In this document: one piece after another, positions 12,057-23,666 of the stretch
How the letters are laid out: each line of letters starts with the position of its first letter
Position numbering within the stretch: position 1 is the first letter of the stretch
Assembly (NCBI RefSeq): GCF_027921745.1
Contig: NC_079240.1
Location: 248,001-312,000 of the forward strand
Reading direction: 5' to 3'
Source of the DNA: Schizosaccharomyces osmophilus
Lineage: Eukaryota
Length of the DNA: 64,000 bases
Notes under the pieces: generated by a model
Database searches by the model: none
What the model saw: the letters and a program-made list of their open reading frames with translations, nothing else
Told to the model about the DNA's origin: nothing
Made by a program: the position numbers and the translations under genes

Positions 12057-12574
12057 AGATTGTTTTTGCATGTTTGGGATATATGAAATTGTCAAAAAAT
12101 ATCGCTTTCCTCTTGACCTCGTTCTTTGAGGTTAATGGAGCTATCACTCATTCTGTTACAATATACGTACATATCTAGATATATATATATAGGTATCAAT
12201 GTCACCTAAAATACAAGTCTATTTTCTTGTGGTTTAGTGTTCGAATGGTAGTTCCATCAATATAAACACGTAAACCATCAACCCCGCTGGGTTTAACAAG
12301 AAATCTCTAAAGAAACTAAGGTTAGGCTCTTCTTGTTTACACCCCATTTATTTTCCCTACGATCCTCAGCACGCTCCACGGAAAACGACAATTACCATGA
12401 AATGGCAACACATAAATTACGTATCGATGGAAAATAAGCCACAGCTTGTCATTGACATACATGCATACTTACTTAAGCAGTTTTCTTTATAATATCAATT
12501 ACTAATTAATTCAATCCTAAACAACCAATTGATAAGATTGATTAGTAAAGGCTCGATGAAAATCATCAAGAACT

Positions 12575-13957
12575 TTACTTCTTACCAGCCTTTTGGGCAG
12601 CCTTGGTAACCTTAGCTTGACCAGGGGCAACCTTCTCGACGGCCTTGATGACACCGACAGCGACGGTTTGACGCATGTCACGGACGGCGAAACGACCAAG
12701 AGGAGCGTAGTCAGTGAAAGCTTCAACGCACATAGGCTTGGTAGGGACCATTTGAGCGATACAAGCATCACCGGACTTGACGTACTTGGGGGCTTCTTCA
12801 ATCTTCTTACCGGTACGACGGTCAATCTTCTCAACGAGCTCGTTGAAACGGCAAGCAATGTGAGAAGTGTGGCAATCCAAAACAGGAGAGTAGCCAGCAG
12901 AGATTTGACCGGGGTGGTTAAGAATAATAACTTGAGCAGTGAAGTTAGCACAGCCCATAGGAGGGTCGTTCTTGGAGTCACCAGCAACGTTACCACGACG
13001 GATATCCTTAACGGAAACGTTCTTGACGTTAAAGCCGACGTTGTCACCGGGGAGACCAGCTTGAAGAGACTCGTGGTGCATTTCGACGGACTTAACTTCA
13101 GTGGTGATACCAGAGGGGGCAAAGCTGACGATCATACCGGGCTTGATAGTACCGGTTTCGACACGACCGACGGGGACTGTACCGATACCTCCGATCTTAT
13201 AAACATCTTGAAGAGGAAGACGGAGAGGCTTCTCAACGGGACGGATAGGGGGCTCAATGGCGTCAATGGCTTCCAAAAGAGTCTTACCCTTGACGACACC
13301 AGCAGCCTTGCTCTCCTTTTGCCAGCCTTGGTACCAGGTCATGTTGGTGGTGGGTTCAATCATGTTGTCACCTTGGAAACCAGAGACAGGGACGAAAGGA
13401 ACGGTCTTGGGGTTGAAACCGACCTTCTTGACGAAGTTGGAGGTCTCCTTGATAATTTCCTCAAAACGAGCTTGAGAGTATTGGACGGAGTCCATCTTGT
13501 TGACAGCAACGATGAGTTGCTTGACACCCAAGGTGTAGGCAAGCAAAGCGTGCTCACGAGTTTGACCGTCCTTAGAGATACCAGCTTCGAATTCACCAGT
13601 ACCACCACCAATGATGAGGATGGCACAGTCAGCTTGAGAAGTACCGGTAATCATGTTCTTGATGAAGTCACGGTGACCAGGGGCATCGATAACGGTAACA
13701 TAGTACTTGGGAGTTTCGAACTTCCAGAGGGCAATGTCGATGGTGATACCACGTTCACGTTCGGCCTTGAGCTTATCCAAAACCCAGGCGTACTTGAAGG
13801 AACCCTTACCCAATTCGGTGGCTTCCTTCTCGAACTTCTCGATGGTACGCTTGTCGATACCACCACACTTGTAAATCAAGTGACCGGTAGTGGTAGACTT
13901 ACCAGAATCGACGTGACCGATAACGACAATGTTAATATGTCCCTTTTCCTTGCCCAT
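12575..13957 (-). CDS. tef101: Translation elongation factor eEF1A
   Basis: 460 aa, [19 protein letters not shown] and NKMD, with extreme codon bias. Paralogue number inferred from synteny. Confidence 0.97.
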   Translation of the reverse strand: MGKEKGHINIVVIGHVDSGKSTTTGHLIYKCGGIDKRTIEKFEKEATELGKGSFKYAWVLDKLKAERERGITIDIALWKFETPKYYVTVIDAPGHRDFIKNMITGTSQADCAILIIGGGTGEFEAGISKDGQTREHALLAYTLGVKQLIVAVNKMDSVQYSQARFEEIIKETSNFVKKVGFNPKTVPFVPVSGFQGDNMIEPTTNMTWYQGWQKESKAAGVVKGKTLLEAIDAIEPPIRPVEKPLRLPLQDVYKIGGIGTVPVGRVETGTIKPGMIVSFAPSGITTEVKSVEMHHESLQAGLPGDNVGFNVKNVSVKDIRRGNVAGDSKNDPPMGCANFTAQVIILNHPGQISAGYSPVLDCHTSHIACRFNELVEKIDRRTGKKIEEAPKYVKSGDACIAQMVPTKPMCVEAFTDYAPLGRFAVRDMRQTVAVGVIKAVEKVAPGQAKVTKAAQKAGKK

Positions 13958-14028
13958 TTTGTTGTTGTATTAAAGTGGTTGGTGGATGGAAGCTTATTAC
14001 AGTCCCATGTTCTACTTAGTAGTTCCGG

Positions 14029-14036
14029 TGTGACTG
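14029..14036 (-). promoter_or_regulatory. HomolD box (CAGTCACA) upstream of EF1A; imperfect second copy at 14055-14062
   Basis: Plus-strand TGTGACTG equals CAGTCACA on the gene strand, about 70 nt upstream of the ATG. HomolD is a known fission-yeast core element of ribosomal-protein and translation genes. Confidence 0.7.
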
Positions 14037-14917
14037 TTTTCCTTGCGGAAAATATGTGACTTGCTTTACTATCGTTGCTCTTTGGTAACTTTGCTTTGCG
14101 TAGAAGTTTAAAGACTGCATTAGTAAATAAATAAAATAGAATAAATAGTAGGATGGAAAAACTGCATAATTACAATTCTGGTTGAAGATAATTATCGCGG
14201 TTTTAGGTTCTATTATAGTCAAATCAATAGTAAGAAGGAAAATTCAGGGGTACGACACATTGTGGAAGATCAGTACTGATTTACTAAAATCACAGAACAA
14301 GAATCATCAATATAAGATTGAATAAAGAAGAAATTGATTACCACAAGTGTTCAATTAATCGAATATAAAAGGCAATCCTGCAGATGTTATTCCATTTAGG
14401 AAACGCTGTTTTCATTTATTTCCTCACACATATAGCTGAATACATGGTCGTACTATCACGTAAACAAATGGGAACGATGGTTTTTGTTGTTAATGCTTGC
14501 TTTTATACACTACAAATTAGAAAGGTATACTACGATTCTCTTTCCTTCGTTAAAGCAGTGAATCCTAGAGCAATGACATTCATACTAGCTGTATTTAATT
14601 ATAATACAACAAAAGTATCTAGTAACAGATTCGTATCCTCGAAACGCTCTTTAATCCCATTTTCCAAGGTTGACTTTAGATTATGTTTTTGTTACTGATG
14701 GCGTCAGCATACCTGGCATGAAAAGTGTAAGAACAAAAAATACCTACTTAACAAAGATCCTTCTTTTAAATAGACAATTTCCAAATAAGTTCTTGCATTT
14801 GTTTTTTTGACACACAAAAAGGATAGCAAGTGAAATATCGTAAAACTTTTACAACGAGGATTTATCTGTCACTTGCCAACGTCAAAATTTGCCCCTAATC
14901 TTTGACAGTTTCCGACA

Positions 14918-15998
14918 ATGTCAGGTAATAATTTATTAGAAAATATCAAAACAAGTACAAAGGAATTAGTGGATTTGTGTAATTGGATATCAATTTCACA
15001 ATCATCTTTGCCTGCGTTGATTGACGCGCTGAAGGGTACGTTGCAAGATGCTCGTCCATTAAAGTTTCCTTTAAATTTTAAAAGTATAGAGGATGAAGTG
15101 AATTTTGTTGCTCTCTATGGTCTAGTAAGTTTTGGCTCTGGCTTCCGAGAACAACTTCACGAAGCGTAAGTCTCTTCTTATCTATCAATTTTGTAAAGCT
15201 ATTTTGCTTCGCAAAGGTTTTAGTGCTTTACTAACTCAAGCTTTCTACAGAATTGGACGTGGTGCACAAGAAGCTTCGCTGTTTTTGATGCTGTCCATTT
15301 ATATTTCCAACGAGAACGGAATCCCAGATGCCACTCACTTAACAAACATCAAAGAACACGATATCCAATCTTGGATGAATCTCCCTGCTATAGAAGAAAC
15401 GCCAGTGGAATCCCTTCCTGGAGTCTTTGCAGTTTCTTCTAGTCACTTGATGGAATTGGTGAAGAAAATGACTTTTGTACTTAATTCTACGGGAGAGATT
15501 TTAAAGAAGGAAAACTTCTCGTCATTGGGAGAATTCTGCCTTCGATATGGCAACAGCAAGGATCCTTCAATCCTTATCCATGCGCTCGTTAGCACGTTTC
15601 CAGCATTTCATGATATCGAGCAAGTTTTTGGAAAAGAAGTTTATTTATTAAAAAAGGCACAAGTAGTTGCTTACCAGCTATCGCTTTTGTATCCCGACAG
15701 ATTTGGTCGTCAAGGGTTGTGTATTTTCGCCGACAATGTTATACCAACTGTCCTATATCTTTATGGAGTCCTAGAAATTCCTAATGAGTTAAAAGCAAAG
15801 TTGGAGAATAAGACGCCATTAGAAAAAGAAGAAATAGTTGTGCTTCGAGCGTCTTCTGTTTTTGTCTGCGAATTGATTTCCGAAAGAACTAAAATCCCAT
15901 CTCCTCAAATAGATCAAGCTCTCTGGAAGTTAGGAAAGTTCTCACCTGAAATACGAAATTCTCCACGTTTCTTATACCAAGACACCATTATGTTTTAA
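14918..15998 (+). CDS. DUF2419/QNG1-like (queuosine-salvage hydrolase-like) protein, divergent; exons 14918-15165, 15251-15998; 331 aa
   Basis: Intron GTAAGT..CTAAC..TACAG fuses two track ORFs in frame (..REQLHEA-IGRGAQEA..). Motifs FPAFHD, LLKKAQ, IFADNVIP, LRASSV and QIDQALWKLG resemble DUF2419. Confidence 0.75.
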
Positions 15999-16332
15999 AA
16001 AAAGCGATGAATCATCCTTCTCTCACTACATTAATAATAATATCAAATTCTGAAACATTGCATTTACATAAATAGGGAATTTAGTATCTATGATTTATCA
16101 TAGTTCAAACAATCTTTTATTTACTATTTCGTTTTCCATTTGCATATCAGATCAGATAAAATTTAAAGTGTGGGTATTGTTGTACTACGTCGGAAGTCAT
16201 AGAAATAAGCAGCGCTAGGTGATGTGATTTGTTGTAGACAAAGCCAAAACCATCGGTACCACCATTGTTTATAGCGAATATTACGGTTGTTTTTTTTCTT
16301 GCCTTTAACCAGCATCATTAAAGTAAAGGAGA

Positions 16333-17832
16333 ATGCTTCATCGACGGGTCCATTTTAAATCCCAGTCCACTTTGGACTTTGACAGTATTGCTGTTAGTAT
16401 TTCAGCGAGCACCATGAAAAACGAGCTTGACAAACTTGTACATAATTCCAAGGTGACTGATCGACGGATATTCAAACTTCAGATGGAAAACTTTTTTGCT
16501 CTGTATCGGAGGTATTTATTGCATACAGTTAAAGGATATGAGTGTGATTGGGATTCGATTCGGCCTTTGGGGCCCCAGGATGTCACGGATTACATGAGTT
16601 TACTTCCTTGTGAACAAGGATCAAAGTATTTGGACCGGGTAGCAGTTCTAAAACTAAATGGTGGAATGGGGAATAACATGGGTATAAATAAGCCGAAAGC
16701 ATTAATTGAGCTTCATGACAGTCAGACGTTTCTTGACTTGAGTATCCAACAAATTGAATACCTTAATAAACGATACGAGGTGGCGGTTCCTTTTTTATTA
16801 ATGAATTCTTGTGATACAAATGATGAGACATGTAAAAGTCTTCGAAAATATACTGGCTACAACCTTGACATATCTACCTTTGAGCAGTCGCGGTATCCTC
16901 GCGTTTCCGTGGGTTCTCAGCTTCCAGTTCCAAAAATTGCTCCTTCTCCCATTGAGGAATGGTATCCACCTGGACATGGGGATGTTTTTGAGGCCCTCGT
17001 CCACTCGGGAATTATAGACCGTTTGCTCGCACAAGGAAAAGACTATTTATTCGTGAGCAACATCGATAATTTGGGTGCATCTGTCGATCTCAGACTTCTT
17101 TCACACGTTATAGAAAACGAAATAGAGTACGCGATGGAGGTTACTGATAAAACCAAAGCGGATGTCAAGGTTGGTATCCTTGTTAACCAGGATGGCATTT
17201 TACGATTGTTAGAACGAAATCAAGTTCCAGAAAAGCACCAGGAAGAATTTACTTCAGATCGAGTTTTCAAATCTATCAATACGAACAATGTTTGGCTTTA
17301 TTTGCCAGCTGTTAAACGAGTAGTTGAAAATCGAGAACTCAATTTGGATATAATGCCGAACATCAAAACCATCAACCGTAATGATGAATCAACTAGGGTA
17401 ATCGAGTTTACAACTTCTATTGGTTCCGCCATTAGTCAATTCAAAAAAACCGAGGGAATAAAAGTTAACCGTCAAAGATTTATTTCCGTAAAGAAGTCTG
17501 CGGATTTGCTCCTTGTACGTGGTGATTTGTATTCCATTGATCATGGATCTTTAAAAATCGATGAATCTAAGGTTGGGTTTTCTCCTCCAGTTGTCAACTT
17601 AACTAATGAGTTTACTGACGAAGCAGAATTGTTTCGTCGAATACCGCACATGCCCAGTATTAAAGATTTAACTTCGCTGTCGATTTCTGGTAATGTTTAT
17701 TTTGGAAAAAATGTTGTTTTGAAAGGCAATATTGTTATCGTAGCATCACCAAATGCGACGCTGCATATCCCACCTAACGCTGTTTTAGAAAACTGTGTAG
17801 TATCTGGGAACTGTAAAATAATGGACCACTAA
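16333..17832 (+). CDS. ugp1: UTP-glucose-1-phosphate uridylyltransferase family, divergent paralogue (SPCC794.10-like)
   Basis: KLNGG, WYPPGHGD, FVSNIDNLGA, NTNN and a C-terminal beta-helix. Confidence 0.9.
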   Translation: MLHRRVHFKSQSTLDFDSIAVSISASTMKNELDKLVHNSKVTDRRIFKLQMENFFALYRRYLLHTVKGYECDWDSIRPLGPQDVTDYMSLLPCEQGSKYLDRVAVLKLNGGMGNNMGINKPKALIELHDSQTFLDLSIQQIEYLNKRYEVAVPFLLMNSCDTNDETCKSLRKYTGYNLDISTFEQSRYPRVSVGSQLPVPKIAPSPIEEWYPPGHGDVFEALVHSGIIDRLLAQGKDYLFVSNIDNLGASVDLRLLSHVIENEIEYAMEVTDKTKADVKVGILVNQDGILRLLERNQVPEKHQEEFTSDRVFKSINTNNVWLYLPAVKRVVENRELNLDIMPNIKTINRNDESTRVIEFTTSIGSAISQFKKTEGIKVNRQRFISVKKSADLLLVRGDLYSIDHGSLKIDESKVGFSPPVVNLTNEFTDEAELFRRIPHMPSIKDLTSLSISGNVYFGKNVVLKGNIVIVASPNATLHIPPNAVLENCVVSGNCKIMDH

Positions 17833-18436
17833 CGCTCTTTTGCTAATTGCGAAAACTTTTATGTATGGATTTTTTATGATTAGATATGGAATACTGTAAA
17901 TGACTTGCTAATACAATCTCATTTTCAGTATATGATTCAACTTTAATTAATAAATTATAGGAATTTTATTATCGTAGTATATATTGACATCTAAATATTC
18001 AGGTATATCCTGCAAAAACTACACGAATTGCTTTACGTTTGGCACATTTCAACAAACAAACGAATATTATCTTTTAATGAACGGACAACTGAAATATGTA
18101 GTTCCAGCATAAGGACTATCCAGGTCCTCTCCAAAGTTCTTGCGTAAGATACGAGGATAACTTACAGCAATCGTAAACAGGAATGTGACAGTTAATTTAG
18201 ATCAAATTATAAATAACAAAAACGACTTAATAAAGAAAGGACAGAAAAGAACAGCAAGCTTCACAATATCAAAGAAAAAACAAAATAAAATCAGCGAATT
18301 AAATTTCATGAATTTTCAAAGAACAAGATATTGTTATTTCAACTCGGTTATGCAACTCAATCCATCACGGCTCGCATAAGACGCGATGTTCAATCCTCGT
18401 CTACAAGTTCATAATTATCAGTAATTAACTGGGAAC

Positions 18437-19849
18437 TCACAAAAGGAGATTATTATCATCACTGGAAAGAAGATTAGAGGTAGGTGGAATAGACGATGTA
18501 GAGACAGGAGGAACCATCGAGACTGGTGGGGAGTTTGTACCCGTTTTCGAATGGTCATCATGCTTCACTTTGGTTACCGCTGAACTCCAGAGACTACCGA
18601 AAGCATCTCCACCAGAGCCCGAACCTTTCACGACCTTGGCTGATTGAGTAGTTTGGGTGGATGAGGGATAGTTTTGAGGTGAGAGACCGACGGCAGTAGG
18701 AGTATTAACGTTTAAAGAAGCAACGTTTCCAAATGAGGGGGTGGCGGCAGATGAAGAGAAAGAGTTGAAAGAAGCCATATTTCCAATTCCACCAGACGCG
18801 GAAGGAGCTGAGGGCGCACTCTGAAAATCGTCAAAAGCATCGTCGTCGTCATTTGCAGAAACTGCAGCGGCAGTTGAAACAGCAGAGGAAGTTTGAAAGT
18901 CACCAAATCCATCATCATCCCCAATGTTAGCAGTATTAGCGGAAGTGGGTATGGTTGAAGAAGCGGGTGCAGGAGCGGCGGGCTCTTCGAGTCCAAGAAG
19001 ATCAGCCACGGCAGACTGTTGCTGTTGCTTGGGAGGGGGAGAAATTGGAGTGGCACTGGGTTCGGAGTTTCTTGTAGTATGTGGAGACAATCTAGATGCA
19101 CGTGCACTAGGACCAGCACTATCATGGTTTTCATTATATTCGTCGTACTCGGAATGATCATGAGTATCGCTATAGGAAGACGAGTCATGGAAACCAGGGC
19201 CACTGCCATAGTCAGAAAAGCCGCCACCATCCCCATAAACGCGATTATTTCTAAAACTAGTAGCATGTGGAGAGCTTCCGAAACCCGAGTACCTTGGGCG
19301 GGATCCGGAAGACAATCTTGCATCAGCGTCATTACCTACGCCGAAGTATTTACCGCGAGTTTGTCGAGCCTTTCGTCTCTCCTGGCGTATACGATCGTTG
19401 TCGTTGAGCAGCTCAACCAATTCTTTTGCTCTAGTTCTCACATTCAATCCTTGGTCTCTTTGATAACGGTCGATGTAATGAAAGTTGCGTAACATCTTAA
19501 TCGTTGCCTGATGGGCACGAGCATCGTCGATAACTCTTTCAGAACCATTCTTTACTAGAAATTCCAACAGTTGAAGAGCTTTGTAGATTTGGCGCCATTC
19601 TTCGGCTGTCTTCTCGGTGAATCTGCGGTAAACCATTGGCATAATTTCATTCAATTGAGAATAGTTATGCGTTCCTTGGGCAATTTCCATCATCAAAGAC
19701 GTACTTGAACCCCAGGGTTCGTTATTTGTGGCTTCACGCACTTTAGCTTCTGTCGAAGTATAATTCATTACCACATTTTGCGCTTTCCTAACCGCTGCTT
19801 TAATGTCATACAAATTAATGTTTTTTATACTTGATTGAAGCCCGTCCAT
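18437..19849 (-). CDS. ent3: ENTH-domain epsin-like adaptor Ent3
   Basis: VREATNNEPWG and WRQIYKALQLLEFL, then a low-complexity tail with DLL and FGDF/FDDF motifs. Confidence 0.92.
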   Translation of the reverse strand: MDGLQSSIKNINLYDIKAAVRKAQNVVMNYTSTEAKVREATNNEPWGSSTSLMMEIAQGTHNYSQLNEIMPMVYRRFTEKTAEEWRQIYKALQLLEFLVKNGSERVIDDARAHQATIKMLRNFHYIDRYQRDQGLNVRTRAKELVELLNDNDRIRQERRKARQTRGKYFGVGNDADARLSSGSRPRYSGFGSSPHATSFRNNRVYGDGGGFSDYGSGPGFHDSSSYSDTHDHSEYDEYNENHDSAGPSARASRLSPHTTRNSEPSATPISPPPKQQQQSAVADLLGLEEPAAPAPASSTIPTSANTANIGDDDGFGDFQTSSAVSTAAAVSANDDDDAFDDFQSAPSAPSASGGIGNMASFNSFSSSAATPSFGNVASLNVNTPTAVGLSPQNYPSSTQTTQSAKVVKGSGSGGDAFGSLWSSAVTKVKHDDHSKTGTNSPPVSMVPPVSTSSIPPTSNLLSSDDNNLLL

Positions 19850-20616
19850 CTGAATTTTTGTTTTTCTCCTTCAAGAGTTTCTCAATTTGTGTAGTGAAAG
19901 CCTTGTCCAAATTTTGTGGACTTTTTTCTTTTCAATTTCTAAAAGCTGTTTTTGTCGTATTTGTCTCTAACGACTTAAATCTTCTTTGGAGATCTTTTCT
20001 CTGTGAATTGTACTCTGCAGGTGCCTGCGAGTTAAATTCTATAAAACCGTAGTGGTGGCCTTGACTACTGTCTTCTTGCGCGGTTCATTGCTGTAAGTTG
20101 GATTTCGCACTCCGGTGCATTTCGATAAACGAATAACAAGTAGATTTGTTTGTGTTAATAAACAAATCGAAAAAGAAATTATGATTGATTTAGCAAGAGA
20201 GGATGCCAGTGGATCTGAATTGTTAGTATTCTGCTTGGGCTATTCCGGTTGACTTTAATTCTTTTACCCTTGATAGGAGTGATGATTGTCTCCTTTCTTT
20301 TTTGTAGAAATAAATATCTTTTGGTTTTTGCTCTAATGTAGCCTAGTTTTGAAAACAGATCTTTCAAACTAGCAATGTTTAGATGCTTTAGAATACAAGT
20401 TATACAGTATAGCGGACGAATAAAAAAGTTTGAGTGAATATTTACGGGCATCTATGTATGTTAAAAATAGGAACAAAGGAATGATATTTGGTTAAGAATT
20501 AACTGAAAAAAATCCAAAAAATGGGCTTCACCCATGAATGACGACAACTTTTTCATCATCTTCTTTCGAACTTGTCCATCAGGAACACTGTGAATTGGAT
20601 ATAGGACGCGTGAGGT

Positions 20617-22302
20617 TTATACGAACTTTTTGTAAGTAGGATTCCACTCGTGCTTCAAAATCCATTCACTTAATTCCTTGTCATCGGTGGGGTACTCAGT
20701 GGTACTCAAGTTTTCTTTTCTGGCTTGCTTCAAAACAGCTAGCGTAATGTGACGGGAAATTTCACGAGCGTTCTGCAAATCCGGCAAAAGAGCTTCTTCC
20801 GACTTGAACAAATCCTTTGGGACGGTTGCCAAGGCGTCAGAAGCTGCCTTCATCATACTATCGGTCAAAAATTTGCAGCCGGAAAGCACACAGCCCACTC
20901 CCAAGGCAGGATAAAGAAGAGCATTGTTGCATTGGGAAACAATGTATTCCTTGCCGTTACGCTGGATAGGGGGAAGAGGTGATCCGGTAACAAGGAGTGC
21001 TTTTCCATTTGTCCACTCATCAATCTGATCGGGTTTGGCTTCCATTAGCTTGGTAGGATTCGAGATGGGGAAAATAATGGGTTGTTCAACATGTTTAGCC
21101 ATTTCGCGCATAGCTTTTTCGGTAAATTTACCAGCTTGACCAGAACAACCCAACAAGACAGTAGGCTTCACACGAGAAATGGCAGTCTCTAAATCAACAT
21201 CATCCTTAATATCTTGGAAACCGTCGTTTTTCTTCAAGAAAGGCTTTTGACCTTCCGTGGCAACATTAGCATGCTTTTCGAGCAATAAACCATAGCGATC
21301 AACCAAGTAAATACGATCGAACGCTTGTTGCTTGGAAAGGCCATCCCCAACCAAGGCACTGATGATTTGGTTGGAAATACCGATACCAGCGGTACCGGCA
21401 CCGAATATCATGATGCGCTGTTCGGTCAAAGGTGATTTTGTAACTTGGAGAGCGGCTACAATGGCAGCCAAGGCGACGGCACCGGTACCTTGAATGTCAT
21501 CGTTGAAGCAAGCAAACTCTTTGGTGTACTTGTCCAATATGCGCTTAGCATTTTTCAAACCAAAATCTTCAAAGTGAATGAAGGCATGGGGAAAGACCTC
21601 TTTTATGGAGCCGAGAACGGTGCTCAAATATTGGTCATATTCTTCACCATGTACACGGTCCCTTTTAAGACCCATGTATTGAGGATTGGAACGATGCTTT
21701 GGGTTGTTAGTACCTACATCCAAAACAATTGGTAAAAAGCTGTTGGGATCAAGACCGGCACACAAAGTCATTAAATGACCTTTGGCAACGGAAATTAAGA
21801 CACCACCAACACCTTGATCACCGATACCCAAGATACCTTCGGAGTCGGTGAGGATGATGTACTTGACGGAATCTTTTGTTCCAAAGGCACCAAGCTGGTG
21901 CTTAATGTATTGAGGATCCTTGTGCTCAATATCCAAAAAGCATCCCTCGGGATAACGGTATACGTCTGAGTATTGCATAATAGCATCTCCCTCCGTTGGT
22001 GTATAAATAATGGGGATCATTTCGACTAAATGTTGGCTAAGCAAAGCATAAAACAAGGTCTGGTTTTGGATACTTAATTGCGACAAATAAAAGTTTTTCT
22101 CCAAAACTCTCTCACCGTATGATTTGTATTGCTCATAGGCTCTGTCAATCTGTTGTTGCAAGGTTTCCACAACAGGGGGCAGACGAGAGGTAAGTTCATA
22201 CTTGATACGTTCTTCTTCCGTAAAAGCTGTGCCCTTATTCAAGCGGGCATTTGCCAACAAAGCTTCACCCTTCAAAGAGCACTTGATTTCGGTTTCCGAC
22301 AT
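20617..22302 (-). CDS. mae2: NAD-dependent malic enzyme
   Basis: NKGTAF, PIIYTPT, ILGIGDQG, FNDDIQGTG, GAGTAG, SNPT and QCNN. Confidence 0.95.
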   Translation of the reverse strand: MSETEIKCSLKGEALLANARLNKGTAFTEEERIKYELTSRLPPVVETLQQQIDRAYEQYKSYGERVLEKNFYLSQLSIQNQTLFYALLSQHLVEMIPIIYTPTEGDAIMQYSDVYRYPEGCFLDIEHKDPQYIKHQLGAFGTKDSVKYIILTDSEGILGIGDQGVGGVLISVAKGHLMTLCAGLDPNSFLPIVLDVGTNNPKHRSNPQYMGLKRDRVHGEEYDQYLSTVLGSIKEVFPHAFIHFEDFGLKNAKRILDKYTKEFACFNDDIQGTGAVALAAIVAALQVTKSPLTEQRIMIFGAGTAGIGISNQIISALVGDGLSKQQAFDRIYLVDRYGLLLEKHANVATEGQKPFLKKNDGFQDIKDDVDLETAISRVKPTVLLGCSGQAGKFTEKAMREMAKHVEQPIIFPISNPTKLMEAKPDQIDEWTNGKALLVTGSPLPPIQRNGKEYIVSQCNNALLYPALGVGCVLSGCKFLTDSMMKAASDALATVPKDLFKSEEALLPDLQNAREISRHITLAVLKQARKENLSTTEYPTDDKELSEWILKHEWNPTYKKFV

Positions 22303-23666
22303 GGTGTGAGTGTTTGTTTTGCTTTTGCAATGGACAATAGGGTATAGTCAAAAAACAAATAGAACAAACAAAAACAAATTAAAATAAAATAAAATAAAAC
22401 TTCTTAATACAAAGTGTATGAAATTGTGCTATTAAATACTGGAGTATACGTAGAACCGTGTGATACTGTACGTTATACGGAAACGTCTGTATTTTGTCAA
22501 AGCTATAAGCTATGCAGGTAGAAGAGGTGATGTGCTTCCTGGGTGCAAGTAGAAGGAAGCACTGTTTATATACCGTACGAAGGTGGTGATTGTTTTTGTA
22601 TGAAGATCGGTACTGATGGGTTTCTCGACCTAGCCAGATCTTTTTGTATTGTCGTTTGGGGAAACTTAGCGTACCTGCAAGATACGTATCGTTGAGTCCA
22701 TCCACAATTATCAATGACGGGAATGATGATAAACAAAAGAAGAACCAGCATCCAATCCTCTCGTCTACCTTGGCGTGCCATAGCCTAACTGTTGGCACTG
22801 TTCGTCATACTGTTTTTCCTCTTCCTTACTGACTGACTTGAGATAACGAAAAGAAAAGAAACCAAGGAAAAATAAAGAACGAATCGAATCAAAATTTTTG
22901 TTTTTTTCTACTCTGCTCTATGCTTCGTTATCCAATTTATCATTCTAGTCTATAATTTGCTATCCAATGGAACATCTTCTCTTCTTAAACGGTAGTCTCA
23001 TATACCAGAGTGCGTTCTTTCTCTTTAAACTCTTTTTCAACCCCCAAGGCATGAGCGGTCCCTGGCTTGGCTTAGCTCGGCTTAGGAAAAAAAAAGGACT
23101 ACCACCATCCAAGGAAAGGTCAACCATGTCAACATCTCCTTTCTCCTTACTAGAAAACAACAAAACAAACAAACAACCATCCTCGAGCCAACTGGTCAAC
23201 TTGGTAAGAAAACCATGATAACTTTAGGATTTCTTGTTAAAATCCTTCTTTTGTCTTTGTTTACTAACAAAGGCTTAGAATTCGAAAGCTCCTGTTGAAA
23301 TTCATTGGCAAACACCAAAGCAAACAATTGCTGGTCAATCGTTTTGTCAACATCGACCAACACGGACTATTTCTATTTTATTCGAGGATCCTTTGTTTCA
23401 ATTCACAAAAAAAACATCTGTTGTGAAAGATTCTAAATCGCGAAAATTAGAGTCTTGACTGTCTTTTGATTGTTCTTTTAGGAAATTAGGTTTTGATCGA
23501 AATCATAAAGGAAAAAAAAATTTATTTTAAAAGAGTAAAAAAGGATTTAGAATTTCATTCTTTTCCACTTTCAATGGTTATAAACTAAAACTTTTTTATT
23601 TTTTCTTCTGTTTCTTTTGACGTTTGTATCTATTCTTAGATACTTTTATATGTCCTCTTCACAAAA

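Noticed and set aside
12517..13122. 201-aa alternative-frame ORF inside EF1A
   Set aside because: Ser/Leu/Pro-rich frame-shift shadow of biased codons.
12593..14059. 488-aa ORF antisense to EF1A
   Set aside because: Expected shadow of extreme codon bias in a highly expressed gene; no recognisable domain.
14709..14722. ATACCTGGCATGA resembling the U1 snRNA 5' end
   Set aside because: Similarity stops after about 12 nt, with no U1 stem-loops or Sm site.
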